DNA of 64,000 bases from Eledone cirrhosa (taxonomy: Eukaryota). Position numbers and translations under genes: made by a program. Each line of letters begins with the position of its first letter. Positions within the stretch are counted from its first letter, which is position 1. Shown piece after piece: positions 40,001 through 54,600 of the stretch. The notes under the pieces are model-generated. The model worked only from the letters and a program-made list of their open reading frames with translations. It searched no databases and was not told the DNA's origin. The stretch lies in NCBI GenBank assembly GCA_964016885.1, contig OZ024741.1, forward strand, positions 415,462,001-415,526,000. Direction: 5' to 3'.

Positions 40001-43000
40001 GTCAACCCTGACCAGCACTATTATCTACAGTTGTCTTAACCCTTTAGTAACCAGTCTGGTCAACACTGACCAGCACTATTATCTACAGTTGTCTTGACCC
40101 TTTAGTTACCAGTCTGGTCAACACTGACCAGGACTATTACCTACAGTTGTCGTAACACTTTAGTTATCAACCTAGTCAACACTAACCAGGACTATTATCT
40201 ACAGTTGTCGTAACACTTTAGTTACCAACCTGGTCAACACTTACCTGGACTATTACATACAGTTGTCTTAACACTTTAGTTACCAACCTGGTCAAAACTG
40301 ACCAGGAATATTACCTGCAGTTGTCTTAACCCTTTAGTTACCAACCTGGTCAACACTGACCAGGACTATTGCCTAAAGTTGTCTTAACCCTTTAGTTAAG
40401 TTACCAACCTGGTCAATACTGACCAGAACTATTACCTACAGTTGTCTTAACCCTTTAGTTACCAACCTGGTCAACACTGACCAGGACTATTACCTACAGT
40501 TGTCTTGACTCTTTAGTTTCCAACCTGGTCAACACTGACCAGGACTATTACCTACAGTTGTCTTAACCCTTTAGTTACCAGTCTGGTCAACCCTGACCAC
40601 CACTATTATCTACAGTTGTCTTAACCCTTTAGTTACCAGTCTGGTCAACACTGACCAGCACTATTATCTACAGTTGTCTTCACCCTTTAGTTACCAGTCT
40701 GGTCAACACTGACCAGCACTATTACCTACAGTTGTCGTAACACTAGTTATCAACCTAGTCAACACTAACCAGGACTATTATCTACAGTTGTCGTAACACT
40801 TTAGTTAACAACCTGGTCAACACTTACCAGGATTATTACCTACAGTTGTCTTAACACTTTAGTTACTGACCTGGTCAACACTTACCAGGACTATTACCTA
40901 CAGTTGTCTTAACCCTTTAGTTACCAACCTGGTCAACACGGACCAGGACTATTACCTACAGTTGTGTTAACCCTTTAGTTACCAACCTAGTCAACACTAA
41001 CCAGGACTATTAACTACAGTTGTTTTAACCCTTTAGTTACCAACCTGGTCAACACTGACCAGGACTATTACCTACAGTTGTGTTAACCCTTTAGTTACCA
41101 ACCTGGTCAACACTAACCAGGAATATTATCTACAGTTGTGTTAACCCTTTAGTTACCAACCTGGTCAACACTAACCAGGACTATTACCTACAGTTGTCTT
41201 AAACCTTTAGTTTCCAACCTGGTCAACACACCAGGACTATTACCTACAGTTGTCTTAACCCTTTAGTTACCAACCCAGTCAACACTAACCAGAACGATTA
41301 CCTACAGTTCTCTTAACCCTTTAGTTACCAACCTGGTCAACACTGACCAGGACTATTACCTACAGTTGTCTTAACCCTTTAGTTACCAACCTGGTCAACA
41401 CGGACCAGGACTATTACCTACAGTTGTGTTAACCCTTTAGTTACCAACCTAGTCAACACTAACCAGGACTATTAACTACAGTTGTTTTAACCCTTTAGTT
41501 ACCAACCTGGTCAACACTGACCAGGACTATTACCTACAGTTGTCTTAACCCTTTAGTTACCAACCTGGTCAACACTAACCAGGAATATTATCTACAGTTG
41601 TGTTAACCCTTTAGTTACCAACCTGGTCAACACTAACCAGGACTATTACCTACAGTTGTCTTAAACCTTTAGTTTCCAACCTGGTCAACACAGACCAGGA
41701 CTATTACCTACAGTTGTCTTAACCCTTTAGTTACCAACCCAGTCAACACTAACCAGGACGATTACCTACAGTTCTCTTAACCCTTTAGTTACCAACCTGG
41801 TCAACACTGACCAGCACTATTATCTACAGTTGTCTTAAGCCTTTAGTTAACAGTCTGGTCAACACTGACCAGCACTATTATCTACAGTTGTCTTAACCCT
41901 TTAGTTACCAGTCTAGTCAACACTGACCAGCACTATTATCTACATTTGTAGTAACACTTTAGTTACCAACCTGGTCAACACTTACCAGGACTATTACTTA
42001 CAGTTGTCTTAACCCTTTAGTTACCAACCTGGTCAACACTTACCACGACTATTACCTAGAGTTGTCTTAACCCTTTAGTTACCAACCTGGTCAACACTAA
42101 CCAGGACTATTACCTACAGTTGTCTTAACCCTTTAGTTACCAAACTAGTCAACACTGACCAGGACTATTACCTAGAGTTGTCTTAACCCTTTAGTTACCA
42201 ACCTGGTCAACACTAACCAGGACTATTACCTACAGTTGTCTTAACCCTTTAGTTACCAACCTGGTCAAAACTAACCAGGACTATTATGTACAGTTGTGTT
42301 AACCCTTTAGTTACCAATCTGGTCAACACTAACCAGGACTATTACCTACAGTTGTCTTAAATTTTAGTTTCCAACCTGGTCAACACTAACCAGGACTATT
42401 ACCTACAGTTGTCTTAACCCTTTAGTTACCAACCTGGTCAACACTGACCAGGACTATTACCTACAGTTGTCCTAACCCTTTAGTTACAAACCTGGTCAAC
42501 ACTGACCAGGACTATTACCTACAGTTGTCTTAACCCTTTTGTTACCAACCCAGTCAACACTAACCAGGACTATTACCTACAGTTGTCTTAACCCTTTAGT
42601 TACCAACCTGGTCAAAACTAACCAGGACTATTATGTACAGTTGTGTTAACCCTTTAGTTACCAATCTGGTCAACACTAACCAGGACTATTACCTACAGTT
42701 GTCTTAAATTTTAGTTTCCAACCTGGTCAACACTAACCAGGACTATTACCTACAGTTGTCTTAACCCTTTAGTTACCAACCTGGTCAACACTGACCAGGA
42801 CTATTACCTACAGTTGTCCTAACCCTTTAGTTACAAACCTGGTCAACACTGACCAGGACTATTACCTACAGTTGTCTTAACCCTTTTGTTACCAACCCAG
42901 TCAACACTAACCAGGACTATTACCTACAGTTGTCTTAACCCTTTAGTTACCAACCTGGTCAACACTGACCAGGACTATTACCGACAGTTGTCTTAACCCT

Positions 43001-45680
43001 TTAGTTACCAACCCAGTCAACACTAACCAGGACTATTACCTACAGTTGTCTTAACGCTTTAGTTATCAACCTGGTCAACACTGACCAGAACAATTACCTA
43101 CAGTTGTCTTAACCCTTTAGTTATCAACCTGGTCAACACTAACCAGGACTATTACCTACAGTTGTCTTAACCCTTTAGTGACCAACCTGGTCAACACTAA
43201 CCAGGGCTATTACCTACATTTTTCTTAACCGTTTAGTTACCAACCTGGTCAACACTGACCAGGACTATTACCTACAGTTGTCTTAACCCTTTAGTTACCA
43301 ACCTGGTCAACACTGACCAGGAATATTACCTGCAGTTGTCTTAACCCTTTAGTTACCAACCTGGTCAACACTGACCAGGACTATTGCCTAAAGTTGTCTT
43401 AACCCTTTAGTTACCAGTCTGGTCAACCCTGACCAGCACTATTATCTACAGTTGTCTTAACCCTTTAGTAACCAGTCTGGTCAACACTGACCAGCACTAT
43501 TATCTACAGTTGTCTTGACCCTTTAGTTACCAGTCTGGTCAACACTGACCAGGACTATTACCTACAGTTGTCGTAACACTTTAGTTATCAACCTAGTCAA
43601 CACTAACCAGGACTATTATCTACAGTTGTCGTAAAACTTTAGTTACCAACCTGGTCAACACTTACCTGGACTATTACATACAGTTGTCTTAACACTTTAG
43701 TTACCAACCTGGTCAAAACTGACCAGGAATATTACCTGCAGTTGTCTTAACCCTTTAGTTACCAACCTGGTCAACACTGACCAGGACTATTGCCTAAAGT
43801 TGTCTTAACCCTTTAGTTAAGTTACCAACCTGGTCAATACTGACCAGAACTATTACCTACAGTTGTCTTAACCCTTTAGTTACCAACCTGGTCAACACTG
43901 ACCAGGACTATTACCTACAGTTGTCTTGACTCTTTAGTTTCCAACCTGGTCAACACTGACCAGGACTATTACCTACAGTTGTCTTAACCCTTTAGTTACC
44001 AGTCTGGTCAACCCTGACCACCACTATTATCTACAGTTGTCTTAACCCTTTAGTTACCAGTCTGGTCAACACTGACCAGCACTATTATCTACAGTTGTCT
44101 TCACCCTTTAGTTACCAGTCTGGTCAACACTGACCAGGACTATTACCTATAGTTGTCGTAACACTTTAGTTATCAACCTAGTCAACACTAACCAGGACTA
44201 TTATCTACAGTTGTCGTAACACTTTAGTTAACAACCTGGTCAACACTTACCAGGATTATTACCTACAGTTGTCTTAACACTTTAGTTACTGACCTGGTCA
44301 ACACTTACCAGGACTATTACCTACAGTTGTCTTAACCCTTTAGTTACCAACCTGGTCAACACGGACCAGGACTATTACCTACAGTTGTGTTAACCCTTTA
44401 GTTACCAACCTAGTCAACACTAACCAGGACTATTAACTACAGTTGTTTTAACCCTTTAGTTACCAACCTGGTCAACACTGACCAGGACTATTACCTACAG
44501 TTGTCTTAACCCTTTAGTTACCAACCTGGTCAACACTAACCAGGAATATTATCTACAGTTGTGTTAACCCTTTAGTTACCAACCTGGTCAACACTAACCA
44601 GGACTATTACCTACAGTTGTCTTAAACCTTTAGTTTCCAACCTGGTCAACACAGACCAGGACTATTACCTACAGTTGTCTTAACCCTTTAGTTACCAACC
44701 CAGTCAACACTAACCAGAACGATTACCTACAGTTCTCTTAACCCTTTAGTTACCAACCTGGTCAACACTGACCAGCACTATTATCTACAGTTGTCTTAAG
44801 CCTTTAGTTAACAGTCTGGTCAACACTGACCAGCACTATTATCTACAGTTGTCTTAACCCTTTAGTTACCAGTCTAGTCAACACTGACCAGCACTATTAT
44901 CTACATTTGTAGTAACACTTTAGTTACCAACCTGGTCAACACTTACCAGGACTATTACTTACAGTTGTCTTAACCCTTTAGTTACCAACCTGGTCAACAC
45001 TTACCACGACTATTACCTAGAGTTGTCTTAACCCTTTAGTTACCAACCTGGTCAACACTAACCAGGACTATTACCTACAGTTGTCTTAACCCTTTAGTTA
45101 CCAACCTAGTCAACACTGACCAGGACTATTACCTACAGTTGTCTTAACCCTTTAGTTACTAACCTGGTCAACACTGACCAGGACTATTACCTACAGTTGT
45201 CTTAACCGTTTAGTTACCAACCTGGTCAACACTGACCAGGACTATTACCTACAGTTGTCTTAACCCTTTAGTTACCAACCTGGTCAACACTGACCAGGAA
45301 TATTACCTGCAGTTGTCTTAACCCTTTAGTTACCAGTCTGGTCAACCCTGACCAGCACTATTATCTACAGTTGTCTTAACCCTTTAGTAACCAGTCTGGT
45401 CAACACTGACCAGCACTATTATCTACAGTTGTCTTGACCCTTTAGTTACCAGTCTGGTCAACACTGACCAGGACTATTACCTACAGTTGTCGTAACACTT
45501 TAGTTATCAACCTAGTCAACACTAACCAGGACTATTATCTACAGTTGTCGTAACACTTTAGTTACCAACCTGGTCAACACTAACCAGGACTATTATCTAC
45601 AGTTGTCTTAACACTTTAGTTACCAACCTGGTCAACACTGACCAGGAATATTACCTGCAGTTGTCTTAACCCTTTAGTTA
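34060..45680. repeat. Tandem duplication with period 5,806 bp = 100 monomers; junction near 39850-39900
   Basis: ACAGTGACC at 34141/39947 and GTTAAG at 34589/40395. The arithmetic is 100x58+5+5-2-1-1 = 5,806. The junction is marked by two consecutive GGAATATTACCTGCAG monomers. Confidence 0.9.
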
Positions 45681-48600
45681 CCAACCTGGTCAACACTGAC
45701 CAGGACTATTGCCTAAAGTTGTCTTAACCCTTTAGTTAAGTTACCAACCTGGTCAATACTGACCAAAACTATTACCTACAGTTGTCTTAACCCTTTAGTT
45801 ACCAACCTGGTCAACACTGACCAGGACTATTACCTACAGTTGTCTTGACTCTTTAGTTTCCAACCTGGTCAACACTGACCAGGACTATTACCTACAGTTG
45901 TCTTAACCCTTTAGTTACCAGTCTGGTCAACCCTGACCACCACTATTATCTACAGTTGTCTTAACCCTTTAGTTACCAGTCTGGTCAACACTGACCAGCA
46001 CTATTATCTACAGTTGTCTTGACCCTTTAGTTACCAGTCTGGTCAACACTGACCAGGACTATTACCTACAGTTGTCGTAACACTTTAGTTATCAACCTAG
46101 TCAACACTAACCAGGACTATTATCTACAGTTGTCGTAACACTTTAGTTAACAACCTGGTCAACACTTACCAGGATTATTACCTACAGTTGTCTTAATACT
46201 TTAGTTACTGACCTGGTCAACACTTACCAGGACTATTACCTACAGTTGTCTTAACCCTTTAGTTACCAACCTGGTCAACACGGACCAGGACTATTACCTA
46301 CAGTTGTGTTAACCCTTTAGTTACCAACCTAGTCAACACTAACCAGGACTATTAACTACAGTTGTTTTAACCCTTTAGTTACCAACCTGGTCAACACTGA
46401 CCAGGAATATTACCTGCAGTTGTCTTAACCCTTTAGTTACCAACCTGGTCAACACTGACCAGGACTATTGCCTAAAGTTGTCTTAACCCTTTAGTTACCA
46501 GTCTGGTCAACCCTGACCAGCACTATTATCTACAGTTGTCTTAACCCTTTAGTAACCAGTCTGGTCAACACTGACCAGCACTATTATCTACAGTTGTCTT
46601 GACCCTTTAGTTACCAGTCTGGTCAACACTGACCAGGACTATTACCTACAGTTGTCGTAACACTTTAGTTATCAACCTAGTCAACACTAACCAGGACTAT
46701 TATCTACAGTTGTCGTAACACTTTAGTTACCAACCTGGTCAACACTTACCAGGACTATTACCTACAGTTGTCTTAACACTTTAGTTACCAACCTGGTCAA
46801 CACTGACCAGGAATATTACCTGCAGTTGTCTTAACCCTTTAGTTACCAACCTGGTCAACACTGACCAGGACTATTGCCTAAAGTTGTCTTAACCCTTTAG
46901 TTAAGTTACCAACCTGGTCAATACTGACCAAAACTATTACCTACAGTTGTCTTAACCCTTTAGTTACCAACCTGGTCAACACTGACCAGGACTATTACCT
47001 ACAGTTGTCTTGACTCTTTAGTTTCCAACCTGGTCAACACTGACCAGGACTATTACCTACAGTTGTCTTAACCCTTTAGTTACCAGTCTGGTCAACCCTG
47101 ACCACCACTATTATCTACAGTTGTCTTAACCCTTTAGTTACCAGTCTGGTCAACACTGACCAGCACTATTATCTACAGTTGTCTTGACCCTTTAGTTACC
47201 AGTCTGGTCAACACTGACCAGGACTATTACCTACAGTTGTCGTAACACTTTAGTTATCAACCTAGTCAACACTAACCAGGACTATTATCTACAGTTGTCG
47301 TAACACTTTAGTTAACAACCTGGTCAACACTTACCAGGATTATTACCTACAGTTGTCTTAACACTTTAGTTACTGACCTGGTCAACACTTACCAGGACTA
47401 TTACCTACAGTTGTCTTAACCCTTTAGTTACCAACCTGGTCAACACGGACCAGGACTATTACCTACAGTTGTGTTAACCCTTTAGTTACCAACCTAGTCA
47501 ACACTAACCAGGACTATTAACTACAGTTGTTTTAACCCTTTAGTTACCAACCTGGTCAACACTGACCAGGACTATTACCTACAGTTGTCTTAACCCTTTA
47601 GTTACCAACCTGGTCAACACTAACCAGGAATATTATCTACAGTTGTGTTAACCCTTTAGTTACCAACCTGGTCAACACAGACCAGGACGATTACCTACAG
47701 TTCTCTTAACCCTTTAGTTACCAACCTGGTCAACACTGACCAGCACTATTATCTACAGTTGTCTTAAGCCTTTAGTTACCAGTCTGGTCAACACTGACCA
47801 GGACTATTACCTACAGTTGTCTTAACCCTTTAGTTACCAACCTGGTCAACACTGACCAGAACAATTACCTACAGTTGTCTTAACCCTTTAGTTACCAACC
47901 TGGTGAACACTAACCAGGACTATTACCTACAGTTGTCTTAACCCTTTAGTTACCAACCTGGTCAACACTAACCAGGGCTATTACCTACATTTTTCTTAAG
48001 CGTTTAGTTACCAACCTGGTCAACACTGACCAGGACTATTACCTACAGTTGTCTTAACCCTTTAGTTACCAACCTGGTCAACACTGACCAGGAATATTAC
48101 CTGCAGTTGTCTTAACCCTTTAGTTACCAACCTGGTCAACACTGACCAGGACTATTGCCTAAAGTTGTCTTAACCCTTTAGTTACCAGTCTGGTCAACCC
48201 TGACCAGCACTATTATCTACAGTTGTCTTAACCCTTTAGTTACCAGTCTGGTCAACACTGACCAGCACTATTATCTACAGTTGTCTTGACCCTTTAGTTA
48301 CCAGTCTGGTCAACACTGACCAGGACTATTACCTACAGTTGTCGTAACACTTTAGTTATCAACCTAGTCAACACTAACCAGGACTATTATCTACAGTTGT
48401 CGTAACACTTTAGTTACCAACCTGGTCAACACTTGCCAGGACTATTACCTACAGTTGTCTTAACACTTTAGTTACCAACCTGGTCAACACTTACCAGGAC
48501 TATTACCTACAGTTGTCTTAACCCTTTAGTTACCAACCTGGTCAACACAGACCAGGACTATTACCTACAGTTGTCGTAACCCTTTAGTTACCAACCCAGT

Positions 48601-51600
48601 CAACACTAACCAGGACTATTACCTACAGTTGTCTTAACCCTTTAGTTATCAACCTAGTCAACGCTGACCAGGACTATTACCTACAGTTGTCTTAACCCTT
48701 TAGTTACCAACCTGGTCAACACTGACCAGGACTATTACCTACAGTTGTCTTAAACCTTTAGTTTCCAACCTGGTCAACACTGACCAGGAATATTACCTGC
48801 AGTTGTCTTAACCCTTTAGTTACCAACCTGGTCAACACTGACCAGGACTATTGCCTAAAGTTGTCTTAACCCTTTAGTTAAGTTACCAACCTGGTCAATA
48901 CTGACCAGAACTATTACCTACAGTTGTCTTAACCCTTTAGTTACCAACCTGGTCAACACTGACCAGGACTATTACCTACAGTTGTCTTGACTCTTTAGTT
49001 TCCAACCTGGTCAACACTGACCAGGACTATTACCTACAGTTGTCTTAACCCTTTAGTTACCCGTCTGGTCAACCCTGACCAGCACTATTATCTACAGTTG
49101 TCTTAACCCTTTAGTTACCAGTCTGGTCAACACTGACCAGCACTATTATCTACAGTTGTCTTGACCCTTTAGTTACCAGTCTGGTCAACACTGACCAGGA
49201 CTATTACCTACAGTTGTCGTAACACTTTAGTTATCAACCTAGTCAACACTAACCAGGACTATTAACTACAGTTGTCTTAACCTTTTAGATACCAACCTGG
49301 TCAACACTGACCAGGACTATTACCTACAGTTGTCTTAACCCTTTAGTTACCAACCTGGTCAACACTAACCAGGAATATTATCTACAGTTGTTTTAACCCT
49401 TTAGTTACCAACCTGGTCAACACTAACCAGGACTATTACCTACAGTTGTCCTAAACCTTTAGTTTCCAACCTGGTCAACACAGGCCAGGACTATTACCTA
49501 CAGTTGTCTTAACCCTTTAGTTACCAACCCAGTCAACACTAACCAGGACGATTACCTACAGTTCTCTTAACCCTTTAGTTACCAACCTGGTCAACACTGA
49601 CCAGCACTATTATCTACAGTTGTCTTAAGCCTTTAGTTAACAGTCTGGTCAACACTGACCAGCACTATTATCTACAGTTATCTTAACCCTTTAGTTACCA
49701 GTCTAGTCAACACTGACCAGCACTATTATCTAAAGTTGTCGTAACACTTTAGTTACCAACCTGGTCAACACTTACCAGGACTATTACCTACAGTTGTCTT
49801 AACCCTTTAGTTACCAACCTGGTCAACACTTACCACGACTATTACCTAGAGTTGTCTTAACCCTTTAGTTACCAACCTGGTCAACACTAACCTGGACTAT
49901 TACCTACAGTTGTCTTAACCCTTTAGTTACCAACCTGGTCAACACTAACCAGGACTATTACCTACAGTTGTCTTAACACTTTAGTTACCAACCTGGTCAA
50001 CACTAACCAGGACTATTACCTACAGTTGTCTTAACCCTTTAGTTACCAACCTGGTCAACACTTACCAGGACTATAACCTACAGTTGTCTTAACCCTTTAG
50101 TTACCAATCTGGTCAACACTAACCAGGACTATTACCTACAGTTGTCTTAAATTTTAGTTTCCAACCCGGTCAACACTAACCAGGACTATTACCTACAGTT
50201 GTCTTAACCCTTTAGTTACCAACCTGGTCAACACTGACCAGGACTATTACCTACAGTTGTCCTAACCCTTTAGTTACAAACCTGGTCAACACTGACCAGG
50301 ACTATTACCTACAGTTGTCTTAACCCTTTAGTTACCAACCCAGTCAACACTAACCAGGACTATTACCTACAGTTGTCTTAACCCTTTAGTTACCAACCTG
50401 GTCAAAACTGACCAGGACTATTACCGACAGTTGTCTTAACCCTTTAGTTACCAAACCAGTCAACACTAACCAGGACTATTACCTACAGTTGTCTTAACGC
50501 TTTAGTTATCAACCTGGTCAACACTGACCAGAACAATTACCTACAGTTGTCTTAACCCTTCAGTTATCAACCTGGTCAACACTAACCAGGACTATTACCT
50601 ACAGTTATCTTAACCCTTTAGATACCAACCTGGTCAACACTAACCAGGGCTATTACCTACATTTTTCTTAACCGTTTAGTTACCAACCTGGTCAACACTG
50701 ACCAGGACTATTACCTACAGTTGTCTTAACCCTTTAGTTACCAACCTGGTCAACACTGACCAGGAATATTACCTGCAGTTGTCTTAACCCTTTAGTTACC
50801 AACCTGGTCAACACTGACCAGGACTATTGCCTAAAGTTGTCTTAACCCTTTAGTTACCAGTCTGGTCAACCCTGAGCAGCACTATTATCTACAGTTGTCT
50901 TAACCCTTTAGTAACCAGTCTGGTCAACACTGACCAGCACTATTATCTACAGTTGTCTTGACCCTTTAGTTACCAGTCTGGTCAACACTGACCAGGACTA
51001 TTACCTACAGTTGTCGTAACACTTTAGTTATCAACCTAGTCAACACTAACCAGGACTATTATCTACATTTGTCGTAACACTTTAGTTACCAACCTGGTCA
51101 ACACTTACCAGGACTATTACCTACAGTTGTGTTAACCCTTTAGTTACCAACCTAGTCAACACTAACCAGGACTATTAACTAGAGTTGTCTTAACCCTTTA
51201 GTTACCAACCCGGTCAACATTGACCAGGACTATTACCTACAGTTGTCTTAACCCTTTAGTTACCAACCTGGTCAACACTGACCAGGACTATTACCTACAG
51301 TTGTCTTAACCCTTTAGTTACCAACCTGGTCAACACTAACCAGGAATATTATCTACAGTTGTGTTAACCCTTTAGTTACCAACCTGGTCAACACTAACCA
51401 GGACTATTACCTACAGTTGTCTTAACCCTTTAGTTACCAACCTGGTCAACAGTAACCAGGAATATTATCTACAGTTGTGTTAACCCTTTAGTTACCAACC
51501 TGGTCAACACTAACCAGGACTATTACCTACAGTTGTCTTAAACCTTTAGTTTCCAACCTGGTCAACACAGACCAGGACTATTACCTACAGTTGTCTTAAC

Positions 51601-51691
51601 CCTTTAGTTACCAACCCAGTCAACACTAACCAGGACGATTACCTACAGTTCTCTTAACCCTTTAGTTACCAACCTGGTCAACACTGACCAG
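40275..51691. repeat. Domain A block, copy 2 of the ~11.4-kb duplication
   Basis: Same ordered private variants as 1-11419. It has a private 2-bp deletion at ~41229 (CAACACACCAGG) that shifts the offset from 40,274 to 40,272. Confidence 0.92.
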
Positions 51692-54600
51692 CACTATTAT
51701 CTACAGTTGTCTTAAGCCTTTAGTTAACAGTCTGGTCAACACTGACCAGCACTATTATCTACAGTTGTCTTAACCCTTTAGTTACCAGTCTAGTCAACAC
51801 TGACCAGCACTATTATCTACAGTTGTCGTAACACTTTAGTTACCAACCTGGTCAACACTTACCAGGACTATTACTTACAGTTGTCTTAACCCTTTAGTTA
51901 CCAACCTGGTCAACACTGACCAGCACTATTATCTACAGTTGTCTTAACCCTTTAGTTACCAACCTGGTCAACACTTACCATGACTATTACCTAGAGTTGT
52001 CTTAACCCTTTAGTTACCAACCTGGTCAACACTAACCTGGACTATTACCTACAGTTGTGTTAACCCTTTAGTTACCAACCTGGTCAACACTAACCTGGAC
52101 TATTACCTACAGTTGTGTTAACCCTTTAGTTACCAACCTGGTCAACACTAACCAGGACTATTACCTAAAGTTGTCTTAACACTTTTGTTACCAACCTGGT
52201 CAACACTAACCAGGACTATTACCTACAGTTGTCTTAACCCTTTAGTTACCAACCTGGTCAACACTTACCAGGACTATAACCTACAGTTCTCTTAACCCTT
52301 TAGTTACCAGTCTGGTCAACACTGACCAGCACTATTATCTACAGTTGTCTTAACCCTTTGGTTACCAACCTGGTCAACACTGACCAGGACTATTACCTAC
52401 AGTTGTCGTAACACTTTAGTTATCAACCTAGTCAACACTTACCAGGACTATAACCTACAGTTCTCTTAACCCTTTAGTTACCAGTCTGGTCAACACTGAC
52501 CAGCACTATTATCTACAGTTGTCTTAACCCTTTGGTTACCAACCTGGTCAACACTAACCAGGACTATTATCTACAGTTGTTGTAACACTTTAGTTACCAA
52601 CCTGGTCAACACTTACCAGGACTATTACCTACAGTTGTCTTAACACTTTAGTTACCAACCTGGTCAACACTTACCAGGACTATTACCTACAGTTGTCTTA
52701 ACCCTTTAGTTACCAACCTGGTCAACACGGACCAGGACTATTACCTACAGTTGTCGTAACCCTTTAGTTACCAACCCAGTCAACACTAACCAGGACTATT
52801 ACCTACAGTTGTGTTAACCCTTTAGTTACCAACCTAGTCAACACTAACCAGGACTATTAACTACAGTTGTCTTAACCCTTTAGTTACCAACCTGGTCAAC
52901 ATTAACCAGGACTATTACCTACAGTTGTCTTAACCCTTTAGTTACCAACCTGGTCAACACTGACCAGGACTATTACCTACAGTTGTCTTAACCCTTTAGT
53001 TACCAACCTGGTCAACACTAACCAGGAATATTATCTACAGTTGTGTTAACCCTTTAGTTACCAACCTGGTCAACACTAACCAGGACTATTACCTACAGTT
53101 GTCTTAAACCTTTAGTTTCCAACCTGGTCAACACAGACCAGGATTATTACCTACAGTTGTCTTAACCCTTTAGTTACCAACCCAGTCAACACTAACCAGG
53201 ACGATTACCTACAGTTCTCTTAACCCTTTAGTTACCAACCTGGTCAACACTGACCAGCACTATTATCTACAGTTGTCTTAAGCCTTTAGTTAACAGTCTG
53301 GTCAACACTGACCAGCACTATTATCTACAGTTGTCTTAACCCTTTAGTTACCAGTCTAGTCAACACTGACCAGCACTATTATCTACAGTTGTCGTAACAT
53401 TTTAGTTACCAACCTGGTCAACACTTACCAGGACTATTACTTACAGTTGTCTTAACCCTTTAGTTACCAACCTGGTCAACACTTACCACGACTATTACCT
53501 AGAGTTGTCTTAACCCTTTAGTTACCAACCTGGTCAACACTAACCAGGACTATTACCTACAGTTGTCTTAACACTTTAGTTACCAACCTGGTCAACACTA
53601 ACCAGGACTATTACCTACAGTTGTCTTAACCCTTTAGTTACCAACCTGGTCAACACTTACCAGGACTATAACCTACAGTTCTCTTAACCCTTTAGTTACC
53701 AGTCTGGTCAACACTGACCAGCACTATTATCTACAGTTGTCGTAACCCTTTAGTTACCAACCTGGTCAACACTGACCAGGACTATTACCTACAGTTGTCT
53801 TAACCCTTTAGTTACCAACCTGGTCAACACTGACCAGAACTATTACCTACAGTTGTCTTAACCCTTTAGTTACCAACCTGGTCAACACTAACCAGGACTA
53901 TTACCTACAGTTGTCTTAAACCTTTAGTTTCCAACCTGGTCAACACAGACCAGGACTATTACCTACAGTTGTCTTAACCCTTTAGTTACCAACCCAGTCA
54001 ACACTAACCAGGACGATTACCTACAGTTCTCTTAACCCTTTAGTTACCAACCTGGTCAACACTGACCAGCACTATTATCTACAGTTGTCTTAAGCCTTTA
54101 GTTAACAGTCTGGTCAACACTGACCAGCACTATTATCTACAGTTGTCTTAACCCTTTAGTTACCAGTCTAGTCAACACTGACCAGCACTATTATCTACAG
54201 TTGTCGTAACACTTTAGTTACCAACCTGGTCAACACTTACCAGGACTATTACTTACAGTTGTCTTAACCCTTTAGTTACCAACCTGGTCAACACTTACCA
54301 TGACTATTACCTAGAGTTGTCTTAACCCTTTAGTTACCAACCTGGTCAACACTAACCTGGACTATAACCTAAAGTTGTCTTAACACTTTTGTTACCAACC
54401 TGGTCAACACTAACCAGGACTATTACCTACAGTTGTCTTAACCCTTTAGTTACCAACCTGGTCAACACTTACCAGGACTATAACCTACAGTTCTCTTAAC
54501 CCTTTAGTTACCAGTCTGGTCAACACTGACCAGCACTATTATCTACAGTTGTCTTAACCCTTTGGTTACCAACCTGGTCAACACTAACCAGGACTATTAT

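Noticed and set aside
34060-45680. Round-number periods (100, 150, 125 monomers) as a designed or coded pattern
   Set aside because: Other periods (6, 8, 12, 13, 19, 33, 34, 36, 59) are arbitrary, so coincidence is sufficient.
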